Assembly: GCA_038214755.1 (NCBI GenBank)
Contig: JBBQRQ010000014.1
Span: forward strand, 1-64,000
Reading direction: 5' to 3'
Source: Verrucomicrobiota bacterium
GTDB taxonomy: Bacteria; Verrucomicrobiota; Verrucomicrobiia; Limisphaerales; CANJXF01
DNA: 64,000 nucleotides
A model generated the notes under the pieces. It did not search any database. It was not told where the DNA came from and saw only the letters and a list, made by a program, of their open reading frames with translations. Positions 38,845 through 49,283 of the stretch are shown here, piece by piece (position 1 is the stretch's first letter; each line of letters begins with the position of its first letter). The translations under genes and the position numbers were made by a program.

Positions 38845-40047
38845 ATGTTCACACGACAACTTCCACTTCCTGAACGCTCGTTCTTTCTGCTGGGGCCGCG
38901 CGGCACCGGCAAAACGACCTGGCTGCGACAGGTTTTGCCCAAGGCGCTCTGGTTCGATTTGCTGCGCACGCAGACTTTTCTGGACGTGAGCCAGCGGCCG
39001 GAGTCGTTTCGCCAGCAGGTGGAAGCGTTGCCGAAAAAAAACTGGGTCGTCATCGATGAAGTGCAACGCGCGCCGATGTTGCTCAATGAAGTCCATGCGC
39101 TTATTTCCGAGCATGGCCGGGATTATCAATTTGCTTTGAGCGGTTCGAGCGCGCGCAAACTCAAGCGGCTCGATGTCAATCTTCTGGCCGGACGCGCTCT
39201 CAATCGCCAGTTCTTTCCGTTGACCGCCGCCGAATTGAATTACGATTTTGACGTGGAACAAATTTTGCGTTTCGGCCTGTTGCCGCAAATTCGATCCGAC
39301 CCGAAATATGCCGTGGATGGGCTGGAAGCGTACTCGACAAATTATTTGCGCGAGGAAATTCAACAGGAAGCCCTGGTGCGTCGTTTGGATTCGTTCGTCC
39401 GTTTTTTGCAAGTGGCCGCGCTGATGAACGGCCAGATTGCCAATGTCGCCGGCCTCGCGCGAGATGCCGCCGTCGCCCGCCCGACTGTGCAAGGATATTT
39501 TGAAACGCTGACCGATACTTTGATTGGCTTCTGGCTGCCCGCGTGGCAACGGCGCGCCAAGGTCAAAGAAGTTGCCAGTCCGAAATTTTATTTGTTCGAT
39601 CCGGGCGTGGCGCGTTCGCTGGCCGGGCGTTTGCGCGAGCCGCTGGAAGGATTGGAACGCGGTTTTCTTTTGGAGACCTGGGTGTTGCATGAACTCCGCG
39701 CTGCGATGTCGTTCCAAAATCTTGGCGGCGACTTGCGTTATTGGCGCACGCCCAGCGGCAGCGAAGTGGATTTCATTTGGACCCGCGGCCCGCGGGCGGT
39801 GGGCATCGAAGTCAAAGCGTCCGCGACCTGGCGCAACGAATTCGGCGGGCCGCTGAAATCGCTGATCGCCGATGACATTGTGAAAACCGGTTTTGGCATT
39901 TACACCGGCTCGGCGGAATTGAAGGACGGTCCGTTGCGCGTGTTGCCATTGAAGAAATTTTTCAAAGAACTGGCGAACGGGAACGTGCTGAATCGACCAG
40001 TCCAAGCCCAACAAAAAAAAACCGGAGGACTAAACACTTTTGATTGA
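38845..40047 (+). CDS. AAA_14/DUF4143 ATP-binding protein
   Basis: GPRGTGKT, IDEVQ, SGSS, LAGR, PKFYLFD.G, EVDF..IEVK. Confidence 0.88.
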   Translation: MFTRQLPLPERSFFLLGPRGTGKTTWLRQVLPKALWFDLLRTQTFLDVSQRPESFRQQVEALPKKNWVVIDEVQRAPMLLNEVHALISEHGRDYQFALSGSSARKLKRLDVNLLAGRALNRQFFPLTAAELNYDFDVEQILRFGLLPQIRSDPKYAVDGLEAYSTNYLREEIQQEALVRRLDSFVRFLQVAALMNGQIANVAGLARDAAVARPTVQGYFETLTDTLIGFWLPAWQRRAKVKEVASPKFYLFDPGVARSLAGRLREPLEGLERGFLLETWVLHELRAAMSFQNLGGDLRYWRTPSGSEVDFIWTRGPRAVGIEVKASATWRNEFGGPLKSLIADDIVKTGFGIYTGSAELKDGPLRVLPLKKFFKELANGNVLNRPVQAQQKKTGGLNTFD

Positions 40048-40072
40048 ACCGACAATAGATTGGAAAGAGCTA

Positions 40073-41686
40073 TCAGAAAATTTCTGTAGAATAAAATTCA
40101 GCGAGCCGCCGATAGTCGCGATAAATTTTTTTGTAGCTGAAATGGGCGGCGCGATTTGGTTTGAAAATTCGTGCTGCGCCAGACTTCGGAACAGACATCG
40201 CACGAATGGCCGAACTCGCGTCCTTGAAAGCGCCACCGGCCAACGCCCCAAGAATCGCCGCGCCAAGCGCCGGACCTTGCTTCGAGGGATGAACTAAAAT
40301 TGGCTCGCCGAGAACGTCTGCATAAACTTGCACCACGAGCGGATTGTGATGGGGCAAACCTCCCGTCGCGACAAATTTTCGCACGGGCACGTCACCGTCG
40401 CGCAATAATTCAACAATCCAGCGCAGGCCGAACGCCGACGCTTCGAGCAAGGCGCGATAGAGATGCGCTGGGCGATGATGCAGTGCGAGTCCGCTAAACG
40501 ATCCTTTCAGTGAGCCATTCATCAGCGGTGTGCGACAGCCGTTCAACCAATCAACGCATCGAACTCCATTCGCGCCGGGAGGAAGTGAAGCGGCTTGTTG
40601 CGAAAGCAAATCGAAATCACGCTGGCCCACGAGTCGGCGCAGCCAATCAAACGCATCGCCGACCGCAACCTGTCCGGTTTCGTAGCCATAAAATCCGGGA
40701 AGAATTCCATCCTTCACCACGCCGGTGATGCCGGGAATGTTTCGCTCAACTTCGCTGTTGAGCATGTGACAGGAACTTGTGCCGAGCACCATGACGAGAG
40801 TGCCGGGTTCGCTCGCGCCCGCGCCGGGAACGCCGGCGTGAGCGTCAATGATCGCAGTGCTGACGGGCGTGCCTTCGCGCAAACCAAATCGCTCCGCCAT
40901 TTCGCGCGTGAGTGTTCCCGCCGAAATTCCCGGCGCGCGAAGTTCGCCCGGCATTTTTTCGGAAACGACTCGCGCCAATTTTGGATGAACCGCGCGAAAA
41001 AAATCTTCACTCGGCCAGCCTTCCGCCGCGCTCCACATCCCTTTGTAGCCAGCCTGACAAGTTGAGCGAATGAGATTTCCGGTGAGTTGCCACACGAGCC
41101 AATCTCCTGCCTCAATCCAAACATCGGTTGCGTCGAACACACCTGGCGCGCATTCCAACGTCTCAAGAACTTTCGGGAAAAACCATTCCAGTCCAATGCT
41201 ACCGCCGTAACGCGCGAGAAATTTTTCACCGCGTTGGCGCGCAACCGCGTTGAGGCGATCGGTCTGCTTTTGTGCGCCGTGATGTTTCCAAAGTTTTGGC
41301 CACGCCTGCGGTACGCGCGCCCACTTCGCAATGCAACAGAGCGGGGTGCCGTCGCGCAGCGTCGGCAGCATCGTGCAACTGGTGCAGTCCACCCCGATGC
41401 CACAAACCGCATCGGCTTTCACGCGAGCTTGTCGTAGCGTAGCGCGAACGGCGCGGGCGGCGGAGTCAATCCAATCGCGCGGATGTTGGAGCGCAAAGTG
41501 TGGTGGAAGTTTTTTTTCCGAGCCGGGAAGCGACTCAATAATTTGTCCGTGACGATAACGAGCGGCGGCGGAAGCGAGTTCTTGTCCGCGCAAATCCACG
41601 AGCAAAGCGCGAACACTCTCCGTGCCGAAATCGAGACCGAGGGCGATCGTTGCACGAGGAAGTTTTTTCAAATTAATTGTCCGCAA
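40073..41686 (-). CDS. araB: Ribulokinase (FGGY family)
   Basis: LGLDFGTESVRA, KLWKHH, IIDAHA, GTSSCH, DWLNG.RTP. Start is approximate. Confidence 0.85.
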   Translation of the reverse strand: MRTINLKKLPRATIALGLDFGTESVRALLVDLRGQELASAAARYRHGQIIESLPGSEKKLPPHFALQHPRDWIDSAARAVRATLRQARVKADAVCGIGVDCTSCTMLPTLRDGTPLCCIAKWARVPQAWPKLWKHHGAQKQTDRLNAVARQRGEKFLARYGGSIGLEWFFPKVLETLECAPGVFDATDVWIEAGDWLVWQLTGNLIRSTCQAGYKGMWSAAEGWPSEDFFRAVHPKLARVVSEKMPGELRAPGISAGTLTREMAERFGLREGTPVSTAIIDAHAGVPGAGASEPGTLVMVLGTSSCHMLNSEVERNIPGITGVVKDGILPGFYGYETGQVAVGDAFDWLRRLVGQRDFDLLSQQAASLPPGANGVRCVDWLNGCRTPLMNGSLKGSFSGLALHHRPAHLYRALLEASAFGLRWIVELLRDGDVPVRKFVATGGLPHHNPLVVQVYADVLGEPILVHPSKQGPALGAAILGALAGGAFKDASSAIRAMSVPKSGAARIFKPNRAAHFSYKKIYRDYRRLAEFYSTEIF

Positions 41687-41711
41687 AAAAATTTGTTATT
41701 CATTCAATCGT

Positions 41712-42629
41712 TCACTTGAGCAATCCAAGTTCGCGGAGCCGCTGCTGGACAATGGCGCGTTCTTCCTGACGAAATCTTTGAAACGGATCGGCCATGTAGT
41801 CGTCGCAAATTCCGAGCAACGACAGCGCGCACTTCAATCCTTTGATGAGAGCGGAACGATGTCGTCCCACCGTGTAAATCAAACCAGCCAACCGCAACAC
41901 TTCAGCGTGAAGGCGACGAACCTCGACCAGATTTTGCGCGACGGCTGCTTGGTAAAGTTGCACGTAAAGTCGCGGATGGAGATTCGCGCCGCCGTTCACG
42001 CCACCATGACCGCCGAGGAGAACCGCTTCCGCCATCAATTCCTCCGGCCCAATCAGCACCGACCAATCTTTGCGCTGGCGGGATAACTCGAGGACCCGAT
42101 GAAAATAAATCATGTCGCCGGAACTATCTTTCACTCCCGCAATGCCCGGCAAATCGATGGCGCGGCGCACGGCTTCAATTTCAAACGCGACTTTGGTCAG
42201 CCCCGGCATGTTGTAGAGAAAAAGCGGCAATGACATTTCACCAACGATATGTTCGATGTATTCCCAAAGCTCCGGTTGCGCCGAAGAAAAATAATAGGGC
42301 GCGGCCATCACGACGGCGTCTGCGCCAGCTTCAGCGGCAAATTCCGCGAGCGTGACCGATTCGACAAACGCGGTGTCGGTGATTCCAACGAGCACCGGCG
42401 CGCGATTTTTTACCTGACGACAAGTGCGCTCGATCAATTCGCGGCGCAACCGATAGCTCAGGCTCGGCCCTTCGCCGGTCGTTCCCAAAATGAATAATCC
42501 GCTGACGCCACCAGCGAGAATATGTTCGATGAGTCGTTCCAGTCCGGCCACGTCCAATTCGTCACGCCCGCGCAATGGGGTGATCATAGGCGGGACGATG
42601 CCGGAGAGCGGTTGAAGAAATTTTTTCAT
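41712..42629 (-). CDS. DapA/NanA-family class I aldolase
   Basis: GTTGE, YNMP, GVKDSSGD. Confidence 0.9.
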   Translation of the reverse strand: MKKFLQPLSGIVPPMITPLRGRDELDVAGLERLIEHILAGGVSGLFILGTTGEGPSLSYRLRRELIERTCRQVKNRAPVLVGITDTAFVESVTLAEFAAEAGADAVVMAAPYYFSSAQPELWEYIEHIVGEMSLPLFLYNMPGLTKVAFEIEAVRRAIDLPGIAGVKDSSGDMIYFHRVLELSRQRKDWSVLIGPEELMAEAVLLGGHGGVNGGANLHPRLYVQLYQAAVAQNLVEVRRLHAEVLRLAGLIYTVGRHRSALIKGLKCALSLLGICDDYMADPFQRFRQEERAIVQQRLRELGLLK

Positions 42630-42654
42630 CGAGATCGAATTTAATTTTTATTTT

Positions 42655-43914
42655 TTAATCAACGCCTGCTGCAACAATTTTCTCTGCTGAGAGTTCCTGC
42701 TCGTTGCGCAGTTTCACGAAAAGAATCAACACGACACTGAGCAAGGCCACCGCGGCCGAGACCGCGAAGGCCACGGAGAATTTGATGCCGTGATCACGCA
42801 TCCAACCGAGCGCAACCGTCGCCATCGCGCCAACGCTGATGCTGACCAGATTCATAAATCCGTAACCGGTGGCGCGGTATTCGGGCCGCACAATCTGGCA
42901 GAGGATCGGCATGTTGTTGCAATCGAAAAATCCCCAGCCGAGGCCAAAGAGAATCATAAAAACGATGGCCGCGCCCAGGCTCCACGCGTAACCCAGTCCC
43001 AGCAGCGCAGGAACGAGGAGAAGTGTGCCAATGGCGCTGGTGAAAATTCGTCCGCGCGGTGTGACGCGCATCCAAAGGTCGGCCATGGTTCCGCCCAGCA
43101 GCACGCCGACGAACGAAGCGAGTTGAATGTAGCTCGTCGCGGAAAGTCCGGCGGGACCTTCTTTCAACTTGAAGGTGTCGGCGAGAAAAGTTGGCAACCA
43201 ATTTTTTGTCACCCAACCAGCGATTGCCGGAAGTGTGAAATAGACGACGAGAATCCAGAAGGCCGGTTGCGTCCAGAGCGAACGAAATGTTTCGCCGATG
43301 GTCACGGATTTTTTCTTTGCGGTTTCTGTGTCGTTGGAAGTTGGAGGGTTTTTCAGAGCGAACATCAACACCACCGCATACGCCACACCTGTCACGCCGA
43401 ACCAGGTAAAACAATTTCGCCACGAACTCGTTTGCGCGATGTAACCGCCAACTCCGCCCAGTGCGAGGCCAGCGTAAATGCCGCTTTGATGAATGCCAAT
43501 GGCGCGGGCCCGGGTGGAGCCGCGATGCAAATCCGCGATGAGCGCCAGCGCCGCCGGAATGTAAAACGCTTCGCTGATTCCCATGAGTGCCCGGAACGAA
43601 AGCATTTGCGAATAGGTCGTGGCATGGCCGGTGGCCCACGTCACTGCCGACCAGACAAATAGACTGCCGATGATTACCCACCGCCGATTAAACTTGTCGG
43701 CGATGAATCCGCCGACAGGACTGAGAAAGGCATAAACCCACATGAAGACCGCCATGAGCGTTCCGAAGTCCTGATCGTTCGCGATGCTGGGGATGTCGGC
43801 GCGAATGGAGGCGCGAATGGTGGACACCATTTGCCGGTCCAGGTAATTCAGCAGCACAACCGGCCAGAGCAACGCGACGACGGCCCACGCGTAGCGGGAA
43901 GATGAAACGTTCAT
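42655..43914 (-). CDS. MFS transporter
   Basis: NYLDRQ, GFIADKFNRR, about 12 TM helices. Confidence 0.92.
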   Translation of the reverse strand: MNVSSSRYAWAVVALLWPVVLLNYLDRQMVSTIRASIRADIPSIANDQDFGTLMAVFMWVYAFLSPVGGFIADKFNRRWVIIGSLFVWSAVTWATGHATTYSQMLSFRALMGISEAFYIPAALALIADLHRGSTRARAIGIHQSGIYAGLALGGVGGYIAQTSSWRNCFTWFGVTGVAYAVVLMFALKNPPTSNDTETAKKKSVTIGETFRSLWTQPAFWILVVYFTLPAIAGWVTKNWLPTFLADTFKLKEGPAGLSATSYIQLASFVGVLLGGTMADLWMRVTPRGRIFTSAIGTLLLVPALLGLGYAWSLGAAIVFMILFGLGWGFFDCNNMPILCQIVRPEYRATGYGFMNLVSISVGAMATVALGWMRDHGIKFSVAFAVSAAVALLSVVLILFVKLRNEQELSAEKIVAAGVD

Positions 43915-44319
43915 TGAGGCTCGAATTTTTTTTTGAACTCAGAAGTCGCGTGGAGCACGGCGAAGCTTTTGCAAACAAGTTGAGGAAGGCAATGCTGCGT
44001 TTTCGTGAATTCCATTCGCCGCAGACAATTTCCAAGGAGTGTGATTTAAAATGGCGGTCACTATCGTGCTGTTAAAAGCGGCGGAGGGCCGCCGCACTCC
44101 AAGACGCTCGCGCGAATTTCGATGGCGCATGAATGTCGCGAAGCGTCGTGGACTGCGCCAGTCCTCTGGCGCTCTGGTTCTGACCGCCAGTTTGGCGATC
44201 ATCGCCTACGTCACACGCGCTAAATCACACCCATTTCCAATCGGATGCTTGACAGAGCACAGACGGCGCGGGGAACTTCGTTCTGTCACAAACTTTATCG
44301 AGATCACTTCCGTTAAGTT

Positions 44320-45213
44320 ATGAAAATAAATCGGCGAAATTTTATCACAACCGCCGGAGTGGGAATGGGCGCATTAGCCCTGTTCAAAGATCGTTCGCTC
44401 GCCGCCGAATCGAAAACGCAATATCCCAAATTGTCGAAGCCATCGAAGTTTCATCTCGGTCTCGTCACTTACAATCTCGCGCAAGATTGGGATGTGCCGA
44501 CGATTATTAAAAATTGCGAGGAAGCAAATTTCGAAGGCGTGGAGTTGCGCACCGGACACAAACACGGGGTCGAGGTGAATCTTTCGGCGGAACAACGGGC
44601 TGAAATAAAAAAACGATTCAAAGATTCGCGGGTGCAATTGATGGGACTGGGCAGCGCGTTTGATTTCCATACTCCCGACCAGGCGAAACTGCGCAAAGAT
44701 ATTGAGGCGACCAAAGAATACATCGTGCTGGCGCAAGATGTCGGCGCGACCGGAGTCAAGGTTCGCCCGAATGGTTTGCCTCCAGAAGTTCCCGTCGAAA
44801 AAACTCTGCAACAAATCGGCAAGTCGCTCCGCGAGTTGGGCGATTTTGCGCGCGATCACGGCCAGGTAATTCGGCTGGAAGTTCACGGTAAAGAATCGGC
44901 GCATGTCCCGCATATCAAAACAATGATGGATGTGGCCGATCATCCGAACGTCGGCGTCTGCTGGAATTCCAACCAAAGCGACTTGGACGGAAAGGGGTTC
45001 GATTACAATTTTGATTTGTTGAAGAAGAAAATTTTCTCCGTTCACCTGCGGGATATTTACCTCGAAGATTATCCATTTCGGAAATTGCTCCAGGGATTGG
45101 GCGCGAGCGGATTCACCGGATTTACTCTCGCTGAAATTCCGCCAAGCAGCGATCCGGTGCGGGTCATGCGCTATTTCCGCTCACTGTGGCTGGCCTATCA
45201 AAATCTTTTGTGA
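44320..45213 (+). CDS. Tat-exported sugar phosphate isomerase/epimerase TIM barrel
   Basis: NRRNF signal; GVELR, LEVHG, VHLRD. Confidence 0.85.
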   Translation: MKINRRNFITTAGVGMGALALFKDRSLAAESKTQYPKLSKPSKFHLGLVTYNLAQDWDVPTIIKNCEEANFEGVELRTGHKHGVEVNLSAEQRAEIKKRFKDSRVQLMGLGSAFDFHTPDQAKLRKDIEATKEYIVLAQDVGATGVKVRPNGLPPEVPVEKTLQQIGKSLRELGDFARDHGQVIRLEVHGKESAHVPHIKTMMDVADHPNVGVCWNSNQSDLDGKGFDYNFDLLKKKIFSVHLRDIYLEDYPFRKLLQGLGASGFTGFTLAEIPPSSDPVRVMRYFRSLWLAYQNLL

Positions 45214-45220
45214 ATTTAAA

Positions 45221-46345
45221 ATGAGCCTAAAAATAATTGCTAAAAAATTCATCTTTGCGAAATGGTTAGTTCTAACTCTGCCGGTCTTTCCTTTAGCGGG
45301 ATGTTTTACGAGCGAAAAAAATGGCTCTCCTGAAAACGAAGAGAAGCACAATCCGAAGGTTCAACCCGGCTTGATGAAATCAGAATTCATTTTTGAAACA
45401 GCGCCGTTCAAGGAATGCCATGCCTCGACCATTGTGGATTCGAAAAAAGGTTTGGTCGCTGCGTGGTTCGGCGGAACGCGGGAAAAAAATCCTGACGTCG
45501 TCATCTGGCTCTCGCGTTTCGAAAACGGAAACTGGAGCGCGCCCAGCGAAGTGGCCAACGGTGTGCAATCGCCGACCAATCGTTTTCCCTGCTGGAACCC
45601 GGTTTTGTTTCAGCCGAAAACTGGTCCACTCCTGCTCTTCTACAAAGTCGGCCCAACCCCGAGCAAGTGGTGGGGGATGTTAAAAACTTCGGACGACGGC
45701 GGAAAATCCTGGAGCAACGCCCGACGATTGCCGGACAAAATTCTTGGCCCAATAAAAAATAAACCGGTGCAATTGGCCAATGGCGATTTGCTTTGTCCGA
45801 GCAGTAGCGAACACGACGGTTGGCGCGTTCATTTCGAGCGAACCACCGATTTCGGAAAAACCTGGGAGTTCATTGGCCCGGTGAACAACGGAAAAAAAAT
45901 CGGAGCGATTCAGCCGAGCATTCTTTTCCACAAAAAAAATCGTCTGCAAGCGGTGGGACGAACGCAGCAGGATAAAATTTTTCAAATCTGGTCTGAAGAT
46001 AATGGCAAGACCTGGGGCGAAATGACTTTGACTGCGTTGCCCAATCCGAACGCCGGCACCGATGCGGTGACGCTGCGGGATGGACGACATTTGCTGGTTT
46101 ACAATCACACGCCGAAAGGACGGAGTCCGTTGAACGTCGCGATTTCTGCCGATGGAAAAACCTGGGGGGCGGCGCTGGTTCTGGAAAGCGAAGCGGGCGA
46201 ATATTCTTACCCCGCAGTTATTCAAAGCGACAACGGACTCGTTCACATTACTTACACGTGGAAACGTCAGCGCATCAAACATGTTGTGATTAATCCGACG
46301 AAATTGGCGCTGAAACCAATCACTGACGGAGCATGGCCGAAGTAA
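45221..46345 (+). CDS. BNR-repeat exo-alpha-sialidase-like protein
   Basis: Asp-boxes SDDGGKSW, TTDFGKTW, SEDNGKTW, SADGKTW; YSYP. Confidence 0.88.
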   Translation: MSLKIIAKKFIFAKWLVLTLPVFPLAGCFTSEKNGSPENEEKHNPKVQPGLMKSEFIFETAPFKECHASTIVDSKKGLVAAWFGGTREKNPDVVIWLSRFENGNWSAPSEVANGVQSPTNRFPCWNPVLFQPKTGPLLLFYKVGPTPSKWWGMLKTSDDGGKSWSNARRLPDKILGPIKNKPVQLANGDLLCPSSSEHDGWRVHFERTTDFGKTWEFIGPVNNGKKIGAIQPSILFHKKNRLQAVGRTQQDKIFQIWSEDNGKTWGEMTLTALPNPNAGTDAVTLRDGRHLLVYNHTPKGRSPLNVAISADGKTWGAALVLESEAGEYSYPAVIQSDNGLVHITYTWKRQRIKHVVINPTKLALKPITDGAWPK

Positions 46346-46349
46346 CTCA

Positions 46350-47633
46350 ATGAATCGCCGAAAGTTTCTTTCGCGGCTGGCTGTGCAAAGTTCTACGCTC
46401 GCATTTGCTCCAAAATTTCTCGGGCGATGCGCCGAGCCCGACGGAAGAAATCCGCCTGTTCGACAAATTACTCAAGGGCCGCAATTTCACTGGTTCGGGT
46501 ATTACGACAAGTTTCAATTCTCGGCGGACAATCGCTTTGTTCTTGGAAACGAAGTTGATTTTGAAGGGCGCTCGCCCACGGAGAAAGATCGCGTCCGCGT
46601 CGGCATGGTTGACCTTCATGAAAATGATTGCTGGATTGAGTTGGGTTCGACGAACGCATGGAACTGGCAACAAGGCTGCATGTTGCAATGGCTTCCCGGG
46701 TCGGAAAATGAAGTCATCTGGAACGACCGTGAAAGAGATCATTTCGTCGCGCGAATTCTTAATGTCAAAACGCGCAAACTACGCACGCTGCCGAATCCGA
46801 TTTACACGATTCGTCCCGATGGAAAAACCGCCATTGCTCCAGATTTTCGTCGGCTGAATGAGTGTCGGCCCGGCTATGGTTACCCCGGTTTGCCCGATCC
46901 GAATCGCGAAGAGAACGCGCCACAAAATGCAGGCATCTGGCGAATGGATTTGGAAAGCGGCCGCCACAAACTTTTATTTAGTTTTGCGGATGCGGCGAAA
47001 GTGCCATTCACGGGACGCAAAGAAGCGGCGTTTCTACCGGGGGCAAAACATTGGTTCAATCACCTGCTTTTCAACACGGATGGAACGCGATTTTTTTTCC
47101 TGCATCGTTGGCGAAATGCAGACGAGCCCATCACAACTTTTCACACGCGCGCCTTCACTTGCGACATCGAGGGGAAAAATTGGTTTTGCCTCGATCCGCA
47201 CGGAGGCACTTCCCATTTTATCTGGCGCGATTCAGAACACATCATGGCGTGGGCGTGGCATCCTTCTCATGGTGAAAAATTTTATCTCTACAAAGATCGC
47301 ACCGATGAAGTGGAAGTGGTTGCGATGAAAGAAATGTTTCAAAACGGACACAACACTTATCTGCCCGGCACGAACAACGAATGGATTTTGAACGACACCT
47401 ATCCCGACGCGAAACGTTATCAACATCCGTATTTATTTCATTTGCCAACGAAGAAAAAAATTCCGCTCGGACATTTTTTCAGTCCGCCGCAATATTCGGG
47501 TGAATGGCGATGCGACACGCATCCACGTTCGAGCCGTGACGGGAAAATGGTTTGCATCGATTCACCTCACAACGGCGGACGACAAATGTATCTCATCGAT
47601 CTAAAAGATATTTTCCCATCGGCGAAACGCTAA
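46350..47633 (+). CDS. Tat-exported beta-propeller (oligogalacturonate lyase-like)
   Basis: NRRKFL; FGYYD, WNWQQG, NHLLFN, RCDTHPR. Confidence 0.65.
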   Translation: MNRRKFLSRLAVQSSTLAFAPKFLGRCAEPDGRNPPVRQITQGPQFHWFGYYDKFQFSADNRFVLGNEVDFEGRSPTEKDRVRVGMVDLHENDCWIELGSTNAWNWQQGCMLQWLPGSENEVIWNDRERDHFVARILNVKTRKLRTLPNPIYTIRPDGKTAIAPDFRRLNECRPGYGYPGLPDPNREENAPQNAGIWRMDLESGRHKLLFSFADAAKVPFTGRKEAAFLPGAKHWFNHLLFNTDGTRFFFLHRWRNADEPITTFHTRAFTCDIEGKNWFCLDPHGGTSHFIWRDSEHIMAWAWHPSHGEKFYLYKDRTDEVEVVAMKEMFQNGHNTYLPGTNNEWILNDTYPDAKRYQHPYLFHLPTKKKIPLGHFFSPPQYSGEWRCDTHPRSSRDGKMVCIDSPHNGGRQMYLIDLKDIFPSAKR

Positions 47634-47844
47634 TTCCAAACTCCGAAATGGGAATTCCGCTTCGAAGCCGCGCGAGGGATCGCACGCTGCTGGTGTGCGG
47701 TTTCGGCGGCTCGCCGAAAATTTAGTTGCCTAAAGTTAACGGTGAACAACAACGGGAGAAATATGGTAACGAGGATTAGGGCGGGCTGCCCAAATCGGCA
47801 CGCGGGCGCTCCGGGGTCAGCTTGGAAGTTCGTAATAATCCTCT

Positions 47845-48555
47845 TCAGCGTGGCCGCACAAAGATTTCTTCGACGATGACGTTCGGCGGAAAATTGATGC
47901 AGAACAGCGCGCAGTTGGCGATGTCCTCAGGCCGCAACATTTTGGACCGCGCTGCGGCGTCGGGCGGTTGCGCGCGTTTGTTGAGCAGAGGCGTATCAAT
48001 GTCGCCGGGAAAAATCGCACAGGCGCGAACCCCATTGGCGCGTTCTTCGGCGTTGATGCTTTGGGTAAGTCCGGCGAGACCGAATTTGCTCATGACGTAC
48101 GCTGGACCTGCTTTGGGCGAAGCCTGTCTGCCAGCATCAGAAACGATGTTGATGATGGTTCCACTTTTGTGGGCGCGCATTTGCGGAAGAAAAGCCTGCA
48201 CGCAGTAATACGCGCCGTTGAGATTCGTGTTGATCATCGCGTGATAATCTTCGAGCGAAAGGACATTGAGCAATCGGCGGGTGGCGTTGGTGCCGGCGGC
48301 ATTGACCAGGAGTTCGACTTCCGCGAATTGAGCAAGGACGCGCTTTCCCATATCCGAAACCGCAGCAGCATTTCCAATGTCGCAAGAACAAATTAAAAAT
48401 TTGTCCGCGGGCAAACCAGCAAGCCGGGCCGTTTCTTCAAGGGCATCAGCGCGACGCCCCACCAAAGCCAGTTTCCAATCTTGCTTTGCGAGTTGTTGAG
48501 CAATAGCTCGACCGACTCCGCTGCCTGCTCCGGTGATGACGGCGACTTTGTTCAT
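47845..48555 (-). CDS. SDR oxidoreductase
   Basis: TGAGSGVG, NAAG, YVMSK, PGDIDT. Confidence 0.92.
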   Translation of the reverse strand: MNKVAVITGAGSGVGRAIAQQLAKQDWKLALVGRRADALEETARLAGLPADKFLICSCDIGNAAAVSDMGKRVLAQFAEVELLVNAAGTNATRRLLNVLSLEDYHAMINTNLNGAYYCVQAFLPQMRAHKSGTIINIVSDAGRQASPKAGPAYVMSKFGLAGLTQSINAEERANGVRACAIFPGDIDTPLLNKRAQPPDAAARSKMLRPEDIANCALFCINFPPNVIVEEIFVRPR

Positions 48556-48562
48556 ACATTTT

Positions 48563-49283
48563 TCCTCAGCGACCTTTGCGTAACCCTCTGCGCCCTCTGC
48601 GTTAAATTCCCCCGCCCTGTTTTACCGCAAAGGACGCAGAGGTTTGCGCAGAGTAACGCAGAGTCAGAGTCCGTTGACGATTCGCTTTATTCCGTCCCGC
48701 AAATGTTCAACGTTGAAATTAATTATCAGCCCAAGTTTGCAGCCGCTCAATTTCAAATAGGTGATCATTTGCGCGGTGAAAACCGGCGTCAATGCTTCAA
48801 CCGATTTTGGATCCACCACGACTTTGCCTTCTACAATAAGATCGAGGCGATAGCCGACATCCAGTTTTACGTCCTCGTAAATCAGTGGCATTGGCTTTTG
48901 CCGCTCGAACCGAAGACCAGCTTTACTCAACTCGTAAGCCAGACAAGCTTCATATGCGGATTCCAATAATCCTGGCCCCAGGTTGGTATGGACGTTCATG
49001 GCGCACCCAATGATGATTCTCGATAATTCGTTTTCGTGCATAACAATTTGGGAATTTTTACGGCAGACGCGCCGGTTTTCGCCGAGGAACGCCGGATTGC
49101 AACTCACATTTTAATCTTCCTTTGTGACCTTTGCGTGAACCTCTGCGTCCCTCTGCGTTAATTCCTGCGCCCTGTTTTACCGAAAAGGACGCAGAGGTTT
49201 TCGCAAAGGAAGGCAGAGTGTCAATCCTCCCTATAATTTTTCTCTGTGTCCTCTGCGTGAACCTTTGCGACCTTTGCGTTTAA
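48563..49283. repeat. CTCTGCG/CGCAGAG repeat blocks flanking the GxxExxY gene
   Basis: 48563-48663 is directly repeated at about 49117-49219; each block is internally inverted; an extra arm extends to 49283. Confidence 0.88.
48664..49041 (-). CDS. GxxExxY protein (PD-(D/E)xK nuclease fold)
   Basis: LGPGLLESAYE, RLDLIVE, Q..TYLK, GLIINFN. Confidence 0.92.
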   Translation of the reverse strand: MHENELSRIIIGCAMNVHTNLGPGLLESAYEACLAYELSKAGLRFERQKPMPLIYEDVKLDVGYRLDLIVEGKVVVDPKSVEALTPVFTAQMITYLKLSGCKLGLIINFNVEHLRDGIKRIVNGL

